A stretch of DNA of 64,000 nt from Camelus ferus (Eukaryota): contig NC_045697.1 of the NCBI RefSeq assembly GCF_009834535.1, forward strand, positions 33,482,001-33,546,000, read 5' to 3'. Positions 12,891-26,340 of the stretch are shown piece by piece. Within the stretch, counting starts at the first letter, position 1; each line of letters opens with the position of its first letter. Made by a program: the position numbers and the translations under genes. Under the pieces are notes generated by a model that saw only the letters and a program-made list of their open reading frames with translations, was not told the origin of the DNA and made no database searches.

Positions 12891-13532
12891 GCTTCCAGAA
12901 AAAGATTGTACTTTATATGATATATAAGCATAATATGCGCATGTAGCTACTATATATAAATATGTATTTTACTATAAACCTTTTATGTATTTGTCATTCA
13001 TTGTGACTATCTGTCCATGTCAATAAATCCACTAATGATAATATCAAAAACTGTCATATATGTTATTTATCCGTCTGGTTAAAATTTGAATCAGTCTTTT
13101 AATACCAAAGTAAATGGTACTATCTTTTAAAAAACAAAAAATTAAGTGGAAATATATAAAGCAAATTAGCCATATTTTTTATGAGTTCTCTTTGAGATAT
13201 ATTGGTCTCAAGATTCCTGGAACATAAAGTAAATTCAATGGAATGATTGTAAGACAATTCAACTTCATATTTTTTTTTCCTTTCTGGATGAGTCATTTAT
13301 CTTTAAGGTAGGAATGGCATCATGACTTATAAATTATTAGCTGGTAGTGGAAAGTCAGCTTTTATGAACTGAAGACAATTAAGACTTCAGTACAAAGGCT
13401 GCTGAATGTTCTCAGACTAGAGTTTCTGGGTGGAAACACAAGTTGGAATAAAGTAATATATTTAAGTAAATGAATTGAGACATTTTCTTTTCTTCCTATT
13501 CCTAGAAAAGTTACTCCTCCTTCAAGACTGTT

Positions 13533-13970
13533 ACATTTGCAGCAACATGGATGGACCTAGAGATTATCATACTAAGTGAAGTAAGTCAGAGAAAGACAAA
13601 TACCATACTTTATCACTCATATGTGGAACCTAAAATATGAGCCAAATGAACTTATTTACAAAACAGAAACAGACTTACTTTGGTTATTGTTAAACCAAAG
13701 AGGGAAAGGGGTAGGGAAGGGTAAATTAGGAGTTTTAGATAAGCAGATACAAACTACTATATATGAAATAGATAGGCAACATGGCGCTACTCTATACCAA
13801 AAGGAGCTATATCCAATATCCTATAATAAACCGTAATGGAAAAGAATATGAAAAAGAATGCATAGAGAGAGTATATACACTCTCTGAATCACTTTGCTGT
13901 ACACTGGAAACTAACACAACATTGTAAATCAACTGTACTTCAATAAATAAAATAAAATAATAAAATAAAA
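13533..13970 (+). mobile_element. L1 3' end (cetartiodactyl-type)
   Basis: catttgcagcaacatggatggacctagagattatcatactaagtgaagtaagtcag ... (taaaa)n tail. Confidence 0.92.
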
Positions 13971-15349
13971 GGACATTGCTTAAATGATACCCTTTGAGCA
14001 CCAATCCTGCACAATGATGCACATTCCTCCTTTCAATCCTACTTTGGACAAAATCGATCAACGCCACTGCTGCATGCCTAATGACTGCGTTCTTAGCTTT
14101 ATTTTAAAGATCTATTGTTAGTTGTAAGTATCCATTTCTCCTTATTAAGAATGTATTCAGTGAAAGGTATTGAGCTGTATAGGCAAATTTGGGAGATTCA
14201 GGAAGCTGTATCTTATCTTCCAATATCCTCTCTCATTTCATCAGATTACCATTTGCTTGATATTTCACAATTACTAGAAATAATTAACACAAACATCATC
14301 AGAATTGAATTTAAATTACGTCAAAATCTTTCCTAAGAACTGGTGTGGGCAAAGAGAAGGTGGGGAAAAAGAAAAAAGCAGCAAGCAAGAATGTAGCATG
14401 TGTGGTAGACGGGGAGAAACATGAACTGAGAAAGTCTCTTAGAAAAGGATACAGTAGAAAAGCATTTAGGTAGGAAGGAAACTAGTGTTTATTGAGTACC
14501 TACTATACATCAGGGATTCATCTTCATAGATCCTTATCCTACAGGTGATGAAACTGAGGCCAGAAAAGGCCAGCAATGCGCTAGAGTTCCACCCAGGTAC
14601 CTAGAAATTAACAGGTACCTCTAAACTTATCTGTAAAGCCCATCTTTATTTTTTACGTGTTTAATTCACACCTAGAGAAAATAAATGAAAAATATATGAT
14701 GAAGAGGAGACAGTTATTTGAATCGTTTGTTGTCATTTTTCAAAATGTGCCTCAAAACATGCTATAGTGATTTTAAGCAGTGCCTTTTTTTGAAACTTAT
14801 GAATGTAGTTATAAATTCAGGATGAAGCCAGGACAGACTTGGCACATGAAAAATATGTTTATTTTTTGCAGAGATCAACTGGGGATAAGACAGCAGCACA
14901 CTACCTAAAAGCATTTACCAGGACAAAAACTGGGCCACTTTTGCAATGTTACACCCTCCCAGATATTTCTGCGCCACCCGTGGATACCCCAACCCATAAG
15001 GACCAGCTGCTTTAAAGACCCACTGTCCCTGGAACCTTTGTAACTCAGTGTTTGTGGCACAAAGAAGTTTGAAAACCACTGCCATAAAAATACATTCTAG
15101 AACCTGTAATTCAATTTTGTTTATTTCAAAATAATCACCTTTAACAGCCTGCTACACATTTGGTCTGATACCTTCAATGCTAATAAATTTTCCAAAAGCT
15201 AATTTAGGTTTCAGAAAGAAAGAATAATCATTCAGAACCATTTTTCATTTGTCTCAAGAGGCACGTCCAAGATGTTGATTTGTTCTTGTGGCTGGAAAAC
15301 TAACAGGAGGTAATTCCAAGAAGTAAGTCCGGCCATGAATTGAGTAACG

Positions 15350-15505
15350 GCCACCTCTTGGAACTTCTGCTTCCTTACTTTTGAAAAAAGAATAATAGTG
15401 TGTACCACAAACAGGTGGCTTGTGAAGATTAAACAAATTAAATAAGATAACAAATGTGAAATAATGAGCAGTACTTCAGGTATAAAAGTTGTGCTCAGTC
15501 AACTA
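15350..15505 (+). mobile_element. MIR SINE
   Basis: Degraded core plus ttgtgaagattaaa...aagataa and MIR 3' end. Confidence 0.55.
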
Positions 15506-15879
15506 TAGGTGGAGTGGAAGTTTGATACAATTTAAGGGTGTATTATACATAAGAAGCATGGGAGATCTGAGGAAAAGCCAAACTCTTTCTGTTCAGACAA
15601 TTCTAGAGGAATCTAATCAGGTTATGACATAGATGGTGAGTGATTCATAACCCATTACTGATGAAAGAAATGCACAAAATAATGGTTAAGAAGCTTAAGA
15701 TGCTATAAGATATAAAAAGTTATAGTTTTATTTCTCATGTAGTATCTCTAGCATTCTGAACTATGGTTGCTTTTGTCTCAAGCCATCAGGATTAGAACCT
15801 CAAGAACCTCTGATTTATATACTTCTCCTTCAGCTACCATCCCCCGCTCCCCACCCCACCACAACCAACTCATCGCACT

Positions 15880-16200
15880 GTTATGTGTCTCCAATACCTC
15901 CAGCCTGTTTTGTTCCCTCTGTTACCAGCCTCATTCAGGCCCTCATTGCTATCACCTGGATTACTAGAACATCTTCTGAGAGATCGCCATTTACCATCTC
16001 CAAATTGTTCAACTCGTATCATAGTGTCACATTAATCTTCAAACAGTACAGCAACAATCATACCACTCCTTTGCTCAACGACCTTCAGTGCAATGCCTTC
16101 CAGTTCCCAAATAAATCAGCTTCCAATTTTTCACTGTGGCATATAAGGCTCTCCAAAGCGCAGCTCCAATTTGTCTTTCTGGCCTTATCTTCAACTGTTT
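15880..16200 (+). mobile_element. L2 fragment
   Basis: ttcaggccctcattgctatcacctggattact...accactcctttgctcaacgaccttcagtg. Confidence 0.6.
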
Positions 16201-17372
16201 CTACACAAGTATTATAAATGCTGACTCTACTCTGACTTTCAACCTACATTCTCATTTAACTCTCACAAGAGCACTGATCAAGTGTTAGCCTTTCCAATTT
16301 ATAGAAGTGTAAAATGATATGTATTTATGAATGTTATTTAATATTACTTATAATTATGTAAACTATATATATACCTTTTTATATATCTTTATATTTTTAT
16401 AATTAACATTGACTTGACCAAATCTCACATACAAAATCATTGCTATGATTCAGATTTAGATTTTCTATACCAAAGTCCTTGGGATTTCCAATAAACCTGA
16501 GTACTATCAAGTCAGGACACACTGACAAGATATTTTAACCAGATTCTAGGACTTGGCTTTCAATTTTATTGGCTGGTGAATAAAGCATCCCTTTTCCACA
16601 CATTGTCATTTATATTTAGAACTATATGATTTATTCATTAAGATTCTTTGGGTTACAAAGAGTAGACATTGGCACTGGCTAACCTAAGCAAAGCAGAGAT
16701 TTATTGGAAGGACACTGGAGTCACTCTTAGAATTAAAGAAAACAGAGTCTCCAAGCATCATAATCACAAAAACTAGGGCATCTCCAAGTATCTTAGCAGC
16801 AAATGCTACCATATGAAGACTCAGTTTCAATCAGCTCTGTCTTTACATGTTCCCATGTGATTTTTCTAAAATCTGAAAGGTAGATTCTGACTGGCCTAGC
16901 TTGCATCATAAGACTGAAGCTTGTATCAGTTAACCATGCCCAAATAACAGAAGTTGCAGTATAAATACAGCCTGTTTTGAGCCAAGCATTTGCCCAAATT
17001 TGTGTCTATTACAGATGTTGGCTCTGCAAAGAGATAATGCAGTCAACATCTTTCATCTCTCTGCATCTATTAATTATAAACTTTCAAAGGAGATTTATAT
17101 AGGAAAATCTGTGGGATCATAGCATACATTTTCTTACTCTAGATGTTATAAATATATTTTTTAAAATTTATGAGACTGAGTTTATCCCTACCAAGGCCAA
17201 ATAAAAAGAAAATCCAATTCTTTCATTCAGTCTGCCATTAAAATATATTTACTGGTTTTGTCCTGAGGATACATTGGTGTCTATATAAAAAAAAATAGTA
17301 CTATCTCCAGAAAAGTAATATGGATCAGCAAGCTGGACTTAACACCGGTCTAGATTGTTAAAGGGCTTTCTC

Positions 17373-17378
17373 TGTGTG

Positions 17379-17411
<33 letters not shown>
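17373..17411. repeat. (TG)n microsatellite
   Basis: ~19 TG units with one interruption. Confidence 0.95.
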
Positions 17412-18896
17412 ATGTAGATTTGAATTTGTAGCGGAACACATCTACTGGACTACAGCATGGACATGATCCAATAAAGACAAATTCAGGGTTAGTGAGAATG
17501 GAGCTCAGCAACATGAGATTGAGAGGTGGTCGGGATCCCTTGACTAAGTGGTTCAGAAAGTTGAAAATTTCTGGGGAACTTCTAGATTTTCAAATGACTA
17601 TCAGCCCCCACCATCTGTAGCATGACAGACTCACTGGAGGAAATGGAACAAGAAGGTTAGGCTTGGGGGCTAGGAACTGCAGTCAAGAACTATGTCTGAG
17701 TTCTCCAGCACTTGGCAGGGATCAATCCACAAGGAGGCCTGAATCAAGGGTACAGAAATGTCCCCAGAGAATCTCAGAAATATTGGGGGATAGGACTCAC
17801 TAGGTAAGATAGAATTTTGCTGATAAACAGGTAGTAACTCAAAACTGTTGAGATTTGGTGTGGTAATCCACATTATCTCATTTGTAACCAACACTGATGA
17901 AGTTTAAGGCACACCCATAGATAGTATAGACCTCACCAAAAACTCCACTGCTGTCTTCTCTATCCTGTTTTTACTGTGTTCTCTGATTGCACTGCTCTAT
18001 AAACCCTGGCCAAGAGAAGGGATTTTTCCATTAAGTTCACTTCACCAGCCATCTTCTTCGTAGCTTTGCTACAAAACCCACCACCAAAATATAAACAAAT
18101 ACATCATTTCAATTACAACTGCAAATTAGCCCAGGCACTGTTCTAGGAGACACTGTGTACTAGGAACTTTATTTGTACTGTCTTTTCCTCCCTCTTCTTT
18201 TTAAAAGTCTACCTTGCCTTGGGTTCACTGTGATTTGTTTATTTGTTTTATTCTCTCTTCTGCACGGTGAACTCTTTCAGGACACAGTCTGTCTTGTTCA
18301 TATTTGCACTGAATTAAATGAAATTGAATGTTTGCATGTATGCAGACCTGGAGTAGTGAGGACATTTTTCTGGAAGGATGATTTGAAAGCCTGGCAAAAA
18401 AAAAAAACAACTTATTTTCAGGATACCAAGAAAAAAAGACATCATAGAGTTATTACTCTATGTGAAGAAAGCCAAGAGGTTTCTAAAGAAACTCCCTGGG
18501 AAAATCAAGGTAGGCAGACCTAAGGCTTTGAAATGTGTGCTCATACAGAATATATTTTGGGAAATGAAAAATTAAAATGTCTTCATTGAAAGAATAAAAT
18601 AAAAGTGACATTAATATTGTAAGATTGAAACTTTGTTGAGGAAAATTCTGAATAATATGACCAAGAAATTCTTTGAAGAGAAAACTCTTTGACCCAGACT
18701 GATGAGTAGTGGTGAAAAGAGAGGCCACAGAGTAGGATAAAGTATTTTCAGTCCTGAACTGCCCTCCAAATAATCAAGTCTTTGTTTCTGGCTTGGCAAA
18801 GAAACAAAGGGGAACTAAGCTAAGGCAGGATAGAAGCAAGATTAAAGGCCAACAAGTAGACGCCTTCTCTGAGATGGAAGAGAGAGAAAGATGTGA

Positions 18897-19348
18897 TGTG
18901 ATAGACTTAAAAACAACTCCCCTTCCCCCAGAAGTATCCACGTCAGATCTTTGGAACACGTGGATGTTAGCTTATTTGGAAAGAGAGTCTTTGCAGCTGT
19001 GATTATGCTAAGGATCTTGAGATGCCGAAATAATCCTGGATTTTCTAGGTAAGCTCCAAAGGCCATCACAAATGTCCTTATGAGAGAAAGGCAGAGGGAG
19101 ATTTCACACAGACACATAGAGCAGAAAGCAAAACGAAGACAGAGGCAGAGACTGGAGCGTTGTGCCAAGGAAATTGGGAACCACCAGAAGCAGAAAGAAG
19201 CAAAGAACAGATTCTCACCTAAAGCCTGTGTAGGGAGTTTGGCCCTACTGACACTTCGATTTTCGACTTCTGTCCTCCAGAACCATGAGAGAAGTTTCTG
19301 TTGTTTTAAGTCACCACGTTTGTATGTGAGCCCCGGGAAATCAATGCA
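18897..19348 (+). mobile_element. MaLR solo LTR (MLT1B/C-like)
   Basis: TG...CA termini, MLT1 motifs (tatttggaaagagagtctttgcag; cctccagaaccatgagag...tgttgttttaagtcacc); flanks tgtga / catga fit a CpG-decayed 5-bp TSD. Confidence 0.9.
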
Positions 19349-19406
19349 CATGAATTAAGCGTTGTGTAAGATCACAGGTAAAGGAGGAAAAAGTTAAAAA
19401 TGTTAT

Positions 19407-19463
19407 TACACCAGAAATTGACACAACATTGTAAACTGAGTATACTTCAAAAAAAAAAAAAAA
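19407..19463 (+). mobile_element. Very short L1 3' terminus
   Basis: tacaccagaaattgacacaacattgtaaactgagtatacttc followed by A15. Confidence 0.85.
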
Positions 19464-19548
19464 CTTCCCAGGAAGAGAAAAAAATAAATAAGACATCTTT
19501 GCTCCAAAAACAAAAATCATAAGAGTAGATCTATATGTGCTGATCTTT

Positions 19549-21033
19549 TTTCTTTTTTAACATTTTTTATAGAGTTATAGTCATTTTACAATGTTGTGTC
19601 ACATTCCAGTGTAGAGCACAATTTTTCAGTTATACATGAACATACATATATTCATTGTCACATTTTTTTCGCTGTGAGCTACCAAAATATCTTGCATATA
19701 TTTCCCTGTGCTATACAGTATAATCTTGTTTATCTATTCTACATATGCCTGTCAGTATCTATAAATTTTGAACTCCCAGTCTATCCCTTCCCACCCCCTC
19801 CCCCTTGGCAACCACAAGTTTGTATTCTATGCCTATGAGTCTGTTTCTGTTTTGTATTTATGTTCTTATTTTTTTTATTCCACATATGAGCAATCTCATA
19901 TTGTATTTTTCTTCTCTTTCTGGCTTACTTCACTTAGAATGACATTCTCCAGGGACATCCATGGTGCTACAAATGGCGTTATGTTGTCATCTTTTGTGGT
20001 TAAATAGTATTCCATTGTATAAATATACCACTTCTTCTTTATCCAGTCATCTGTTAATGGACATTTAGGCTGTTTCCGTGTCTTGGCTATCGTAAATAGT
20101 GCTGCTATGAACATTGGGGTGCAGGTGTCTTTTTGAAGTAGGGTTCCTTCTGGATATATGCCCAGGAGTAGAATTACTGAGTCACATGGTAAGTCTATTC
20201 CTAGTCTTTTGGGAAATCTCCATACTGTTTTCCACAGTGGCTGCACCAAACTGCATTCCCACCAGCAGTGTAGGAGGGTTCCCTTTTCTCCACAGCCTCT
20301 CCAGCATTTGCCATTGTGGACTTTTGAATGATGGCCATTCTGACTGGTGTGAGGTGATACCTCACTGTAGTTTTGATTTGCATTTCTCTGATAATTAGTG
20401 ATATTGAGCATTTTTACATGTGCCTATTGATCATTTGTATTTCTTCCTTGGAGAATTGCTTGGTTAGATCTTCTGCCCATTTTTGGATTGGGTTGTTTGT
20501 TTTTTTCTTATTAAGTCATATGAGCTGCTTATATATTCTGGAGATCAAGCCTTTGTCAGTTTTATCATTTGCAAAAATTTTCTCCCATTCCATAGGTTGT
20601 TGTTTTGTTTTACTTATGGTTTCCTTTGCTGTGCGGAAGCTTTTAAGTTTCATTAGGTCCCATTTGTTTATTCTTGCTTTTATTTCTATTACTTGGGTAG
20701 ACTGCCCTAGGAGAACATTTTTGAGATGTATGTCAGATAATGTTTTGCCTATATTTTCTTCTAGGAAGTTTATTATATCTTGTCTTATGTTTAAGCCTTC
20801 GATCCATTTTGAGTTTATGTTTGTGTACGGTGTAAGGGAGTGTTCTAGCTTCATTGATTTACATGCTGCTGTCCAGTTTTCCCAACACCATTTGCTGAAG
20901 AGACCGTCTTTATTCCATTGTATATTCTTGCCTCCTTTGTCGAAAATTAGTTGACCAAAAGTTTGTGGGTTCATTTCTGGGCTCTCTATTCTGTTCCATT
21001 GGTCCATATGTCTTTTTTTTTTTTATACCAATG
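19549..21033 (-). mobile_element. 5'-truncated, relatively young L1 (ORF2 C-terminus plus 3' UTR)
   Basis: Exact 15-bp TSD tatgtgctgatcttt (19534-19548 and 21034-21048); ORFs 20516..21007 and 19896..20411 encode ORF2 including the [18 protein letters not shown] zinc knuckle, with a disrupted frame. Confidence 0.97.
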
Positions 21034-22059
21034 TATGTGCTGATCTTTATGTGCTACAGAATGATATAGCTAAGTTACAAATTTCCAGTTTGCAATTATA
21101 TATATGTATGTGATATATATGTTTCCAGCATGGTTAACTTTGCTGACTAGGACTGCATATGTTGAAGAACATTTTCTTTCCAAGTTAAATTTTTCCACAC
21201 TTTGAAATGTTTGCTATGTATGACTTTTTACACTTAATTTTTAAATATTTAATTAAACATTAAATTCATGACTACAAAACAAAATGTTCTTACCAGGTGG
21301 TGTGATTTCTTACTGAAATAAGAGTCAAGTATTAACTGAGTTTTGCAGGATATGAGAGCCTTTTGGAGAAATTGGGGAAGAAATGACTAAACATAAGGGA
21401 AAAGATGTGTGAGAACTCAGAGGTTGGAAATCATGAATGTGTAATATGTTTATTGTCATCTCTTGGGATCTGACAATCAGCATCAGGGATGCTAAAAATC
21501 AGACAAATCCTTCCAGTCTCGTGGCTGAGTTCCGGGGCTGGACCAAAGATCACGGCAGGGACTGGCAAGAACAAGGCAAGTGTTTAATTCCAAGGAGGGG
21601 ATATATAAATTAAAAGGGCATTACCATACAAATGCACAAATACGGACTCCTTCTAAGAGCTGAGAATTCTAAGGGATGTCAGTGTTCTAGAGGCAAAGCA
21701 GAGCTTGTCTAACAAGGCAGGGCACCTACTGATGACAAACCAGCATCAGTCATTGCTTGGCATAGGGGTAGCATCAGCTTCCGTGCCTCAGCTCAGAAGG
21801 AATCCCAGAAAGCAGAGTCAAACTGAATTGAATGTGTAAATGAGGAATCCAACGGCTGATTTTCTTTGCATAACTAGCATTTCGGACTTCACGCTCTTCT
21901 TGCATTTTTTAAAATCTATTTTCAACTTCAATGCTCTTCATTTTCAGCCTAAAGAGTATCTGGGAATGAGGGGAGAGGAGACAGGGGGCAAGAGAAGGGG
22001 AGGAGGAGGAAGTGGAGGATGAGGAAATATCTTTACAAATATCACCTCATACAAAAAAA

Positions 22060-22210
22060 CCTCAGGAGTATATAATGTAGGTGTTATCAACCTTATTTTA
22101 CAGAGAAGGAAAATGAGATCTGAAAAATTAAATAGCCCAAAGGCACACAATTTGTAAAAGATGAAGCTGAAATTCAGACCCAAGATGGAATGATTCCAAT
22201 GCCAATGCTC
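22060..22210 (-). mobile_element. MIR SINE
   Basis: ttattttacagagaaggaaaatgagatctg...aaattcagacccaag, MIR core in antisense. Confidence 0.7.
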
Positions 22211-22256
22211 TCATTCAGTACCCAATCATTTTATGCCAATTATTATGCTTATTTTT

Positions 22257-24434
22257 CAAAAATACACTATATTTTTAGAGAAATTTTAGGCTCACAGAAA
22301 AATTGAACAGAAACTACAGAGAGTTCCCATATACACTCTGTTTCCACAGGTGCACAACCTCTCCTGCTATCAATACCCAGACCGCAGCAGTGCGTTTGTT
22401 ACTACGTTGTTATCAATGAACCTACATTAACACGTTTTCACATTCACTCATGATGTACATTCTGTGGATTTTGAAGACTATATGATGAGATGTATCTACC
22501 ATCGTAGTATCATACTGAATAATTTCACTGCCCTAAAAATCCTCTGTGCTCTGTCTATTCATCACTCTCGCCCCTCTATCCTCTGGCAAACACTGATCTT
22601 TTCACTGTCTTTATCATTTTGAGGTTTACAGAATGTCAGATAGTTGGAATCATACAATACGAAGCCTTTTCAGATTGTCTTCTTCTACTGAGTAATATGC
22701 ATTTAAGTTTCTTCCATGTTTCTCCATGGATTGATAGCTATTATTTGTTGCAGTGAATAACATTCCATGTCTGAAAGTATCAGAGTTTAACCATTCACCC
22801 AGTGAAGGGCATCTTAGTCGCTTCCAAGTTTTGGCAATTATGAATAAAACTGTTATGAACATTTATGTGCTAGTTTGTATGTTGGCAAAGTTTTCAACTC
22901 ATTCGGGAAAATACAAGGAGAGCAGTTACCAGATTGTATGGGAAGGTATGTTTAGTTTTTGTAAGAAACTGCCTGTCTTCCAAAATGGCTGCATCATTTT
23001 ACATCCAACAGCAATGAATGACAGTTCCTGTTGCTTCCCATCCATATCAGCTTATGAAATTGTCCGTTTTGACCATGCTAATAGGTGTGTAGTGGCATTT
23101 CATTGTTTAATTTGCAATTTCCTAATGACATATGATGTTAAACATCTTTTCATATACTTCCTTGCTGACTATCTTCTTGGGTGAGGTGACTGTTCAATTA
23201 TTTTGCCCATATTTTAATTGGGTAGCTCATTTTCTTATGTTGAGATTTAAGAGCTCTTTGTATATTTTAGGTAACAGTCCTTTTTGAGATGTATCCTTTG
23301 TGAATATTTTCTCCCAGTTAGTGGCTTCTCTCACATACTCTTTACATTGCCTTTTGCAGAGCAGAAGTTTTCAACTTTAATAAAGTCCAGCTTATCAGTT
23401 GTTTCTTTTATGGATCATGCTTTTAGTGTTGTATCTAGAAAGTCATTACTAGAGCCAAGGTTATGCAGATTTTCTCCTATGTTATGTTCTAGGAGTTTTA
23501 TACTTTTGTATTTTACATTTTGGTCTGTGATTCACTTTGAGTTAATTTTTGTCAAGGGTGTAAGCTCTGTCTCTAAATTCTTTTTTTTTTCCACATGTAT
23601 GTCCAGTTGTTCCAGCACTGTTTGATGAAAAGACTCTCTTTGCTATTATATTTGTCAATGTTTTTTGTTTGTTTTTTGGTTTTTTTTGCCAATATCACAC
23701 TGTCTTGATAATTGTAGCTTCTCAGTAAGTCTTGAAGAAGGGTTGCATCAGTCTTCTGACTTTGTTCTTCTCTTTCAAGATTGTATTGGCTCTTGTGGGT
23801 TTTTTGCTCCTCCCCATACACTTTGGAATCAGTTTGTCAATGTCCATAAAACAACTTGATGGGTAGCTCGATTTGGAAAGAACTAACTTCTAGACCATAT
23901 TGAGTCTTCCTATCCATAAACATGGACTTTCTCTATATCTTTAGTTTTTTAATATCTTTCATCAGAGTTTTACAGTTCTTCTCATATAGATAAAAGGGAC
24001 CTATCTCAAAATTGTTCCTTTTTCCTTCTTCCTTCTTGGAAGCACGAGGGAATTTTTCTCCACTATTCACTGTGAGAATCTAGTGGAGCACCAGGAGGTA
24101 AAACTCACAAAAGTATGGGGGCCCCCTATGACTAGGTCCCCTTGAAGATTTATCTCTCAGTCTTGTCCACACTGACTTCCAGAAATTCATTAATTACAGC
24201 TCAGGTTTCCCTACCCCAGTGCTGGTTCCTATGGAGTTTTAGCTCATGGGGTTCTGCTCTGGTCTGTGTATCTGCCTATCTGCTCTCTGATTTTTAAGGG
24301 TAGTGGCTTGTCCTGTGATCTCACTCTCTGAGATATCAAAGGAGAGTTGTGGATTTTTCAGTTTATTCAGCTTTTTACTTGTTGTTAGGGTGGTGTGACA
24401 ATTTCTAAGTTCTTTAGGTACTAACCAGAATCAC
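22257..24434 (-). mobile_element. Ancient L1 (L1MC1/2-like) with 3' end, ORF2 tail and 5' end, internally deleted
   Basis: 3' UTR and ORF2 antisense 22257-~23992, then 5' UTR-like sequence to ~24430; flanks ttatgcttatttttc / ttatgcttactcttt|aa resemble a TSD. Confidence 0.75.
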
Positions 24435-24579
24435 TTATGCTTACTCTTTAAACTAGCATTTTCAAATCTCTCATACTCTTATCCTTCTTTTCTAATCTGC
24501 CTCTCCAATTATCACCAACTAATTAAACCATTCATTAAACAAAAGTTACTAAATATCTACTAAGTTTAAAAAGTCTCTC

Positions 24580-24992
24580 AGCAACATGGGTGGACCTAGA
24601 GATTATCGATTAAGTGAAGTACGTAAGACAGAGAAAGACAAATGTCATATGATATAACTTATATGTGGAATTAAAAAAAATGATATAAAAGAACTTATCT
24701 ACAAATCAGAAATAGACTCATAGACATAGAAAAACTTATGTTTACCAAAGGGGAAAGGGGTTGGGGAAGGAATAAATTGGAGTTTAGGATTAATATATAC
24801 ACACTATTATACATAAAATAAACAACAAAGACCTACTGTATAGCAAAGGGAACTATATTCAATACCTTGTAATAGCCTATAATGAAAAGGAATCTGAAAA
24901 AGAATGTATATACATATACAAAGAATTGAGTCACTTTGCTGGACACCTGAAACTAATACAAAATTGTAAATCAAATATACTTCAATAAAAAA
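24580..24992 (+). mobile_element. L1 3' end (cetartiodactyl-type)
   Basis: gcaacatgggtggacctagagattatc...acttcaataaaaaa; ORF 24807..25067 is its antisense. Confidence 0.92.
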
Positions 24993-26019
24993 TTTTAGAG
25001 GTCTCTGAAAGTTGAAGGAAATCAAACAGTAACTTGTAACCAAGATACATATTGTGCCTACTTTCATGATTTTATATCCTAGTGGAAGAAACCATAAATG
25101 AATTTACTCCATTTTTATTACCTGGCTGTTATATATAGTTAATAAGCCACTTTGTGTCCACATAGAATTATCTTTTACAGTCTGTACATGGTATCATGTA
25201 AGGAAATTTTTAAGTTTTTAATTAAAATTACTTTCAGTGCTATGTGAAGCAAAATTCCATGTTGTGCCCCATGGAAGTAATTTAACTTATAAATTTTAAT
25301 AAGTTTTTCAACAGTTACAAGTGGGAAATATACAAGCAATAGAAGGACACTGCACTGGGGACAGATGATTTAAAGCTAGAATTCTGTACTAAAATAGCAT
25401 ATTTTCTTTTAAATAGAAAGTCACTACTTCAAGTCAAATCTAAGTTTCAGGCAAAACAGCCTATGATATTTATTTATGTACTGAGAGGTAGGTAAAACGC
25501 AAAAGTAATTTTAGATTTTGCTATGGTAAGAAATGTGAAATTACCATAATAGTAGGATGAAAGATTCAATCCTCTGGTAAGAAGGATTACCTATGTTTGC
25601 CAAGAGGTGCTGCACTGAGACTAATTTCAAGTATTTTAAATAATTCTACCTAATCAGGTAGGAAGTTTACAACAAGAGAATAAGACACAGTCTTTTCAGA
25701 AATTACAATATGCTAAAAAATTGTGATACATCTGAGTATTTTCAACATCAGTATTTTCACAATTCAACGTTACTTCTCTTATTATTTTCCAAGTTAAACA
25801 TCTTCCATAATTCATTAAGGATATTATAAACTTGTCTTAACAAAAATCTAGTTGGTAAAAGTATTCATCACATGCATTTAAATAAATAATGCTCCTAGCC
25901 TATGTGACAGATCTTTCAGTATTTTTCCAGTACTGGGGATTCAGTGAGACAAATCAGATTCTAGCTCTTTCCTATATGAGGTCTCTGAATTAATGGTTCC
26001 CATCTAACAGGAAGGCAAT

Positions 26020-26340
26020 TACTCTGGTCTTCATTTGTCTGCCTTCTCATCATTCCGCTCTCAGTTAAAATGTATCTCCTTAAGCCCTCTGTGACCGTCT
26101 TATCCAAAGGGCCATTACTCCATCCTCATCATTTTCTATTACAAACCTGTGTTTGATTTCCTTCATTGCTTTTTGAAATCACTGTATTTACATTTCTGTT
26201 TACTTTTTTCTTGTTCTTCTACCCAAGGAGAATAAAAGTCCCAGGGAGTAGACCCTTGCAGCACCTCCAGTAAAGTAGATAATATCTTATACATCGTAGT
26301 TTTCAATTAATGTTTCTTGAATCAATCAATCAATCAATAA
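26020..26340 (+). mobile_element. L2 3' fragment with (AATC)n tail
   Basis: ttctcatcattccgctctcagttaaaatg...ttgaatcaatcaatcaatcaat. Confidence 0.6.

Noticed and set aside
18842..19358. 169-aa and 92-aa ORFs
   Set aside because: They lie almost entirely in the MLT1 LTR.
20373..20954. Longest ORF (193 aa, + strand, hydrophobic)
   Set aside because: It is the antisense reading of L1 ORF2 within 19549-21033, a common artefact.
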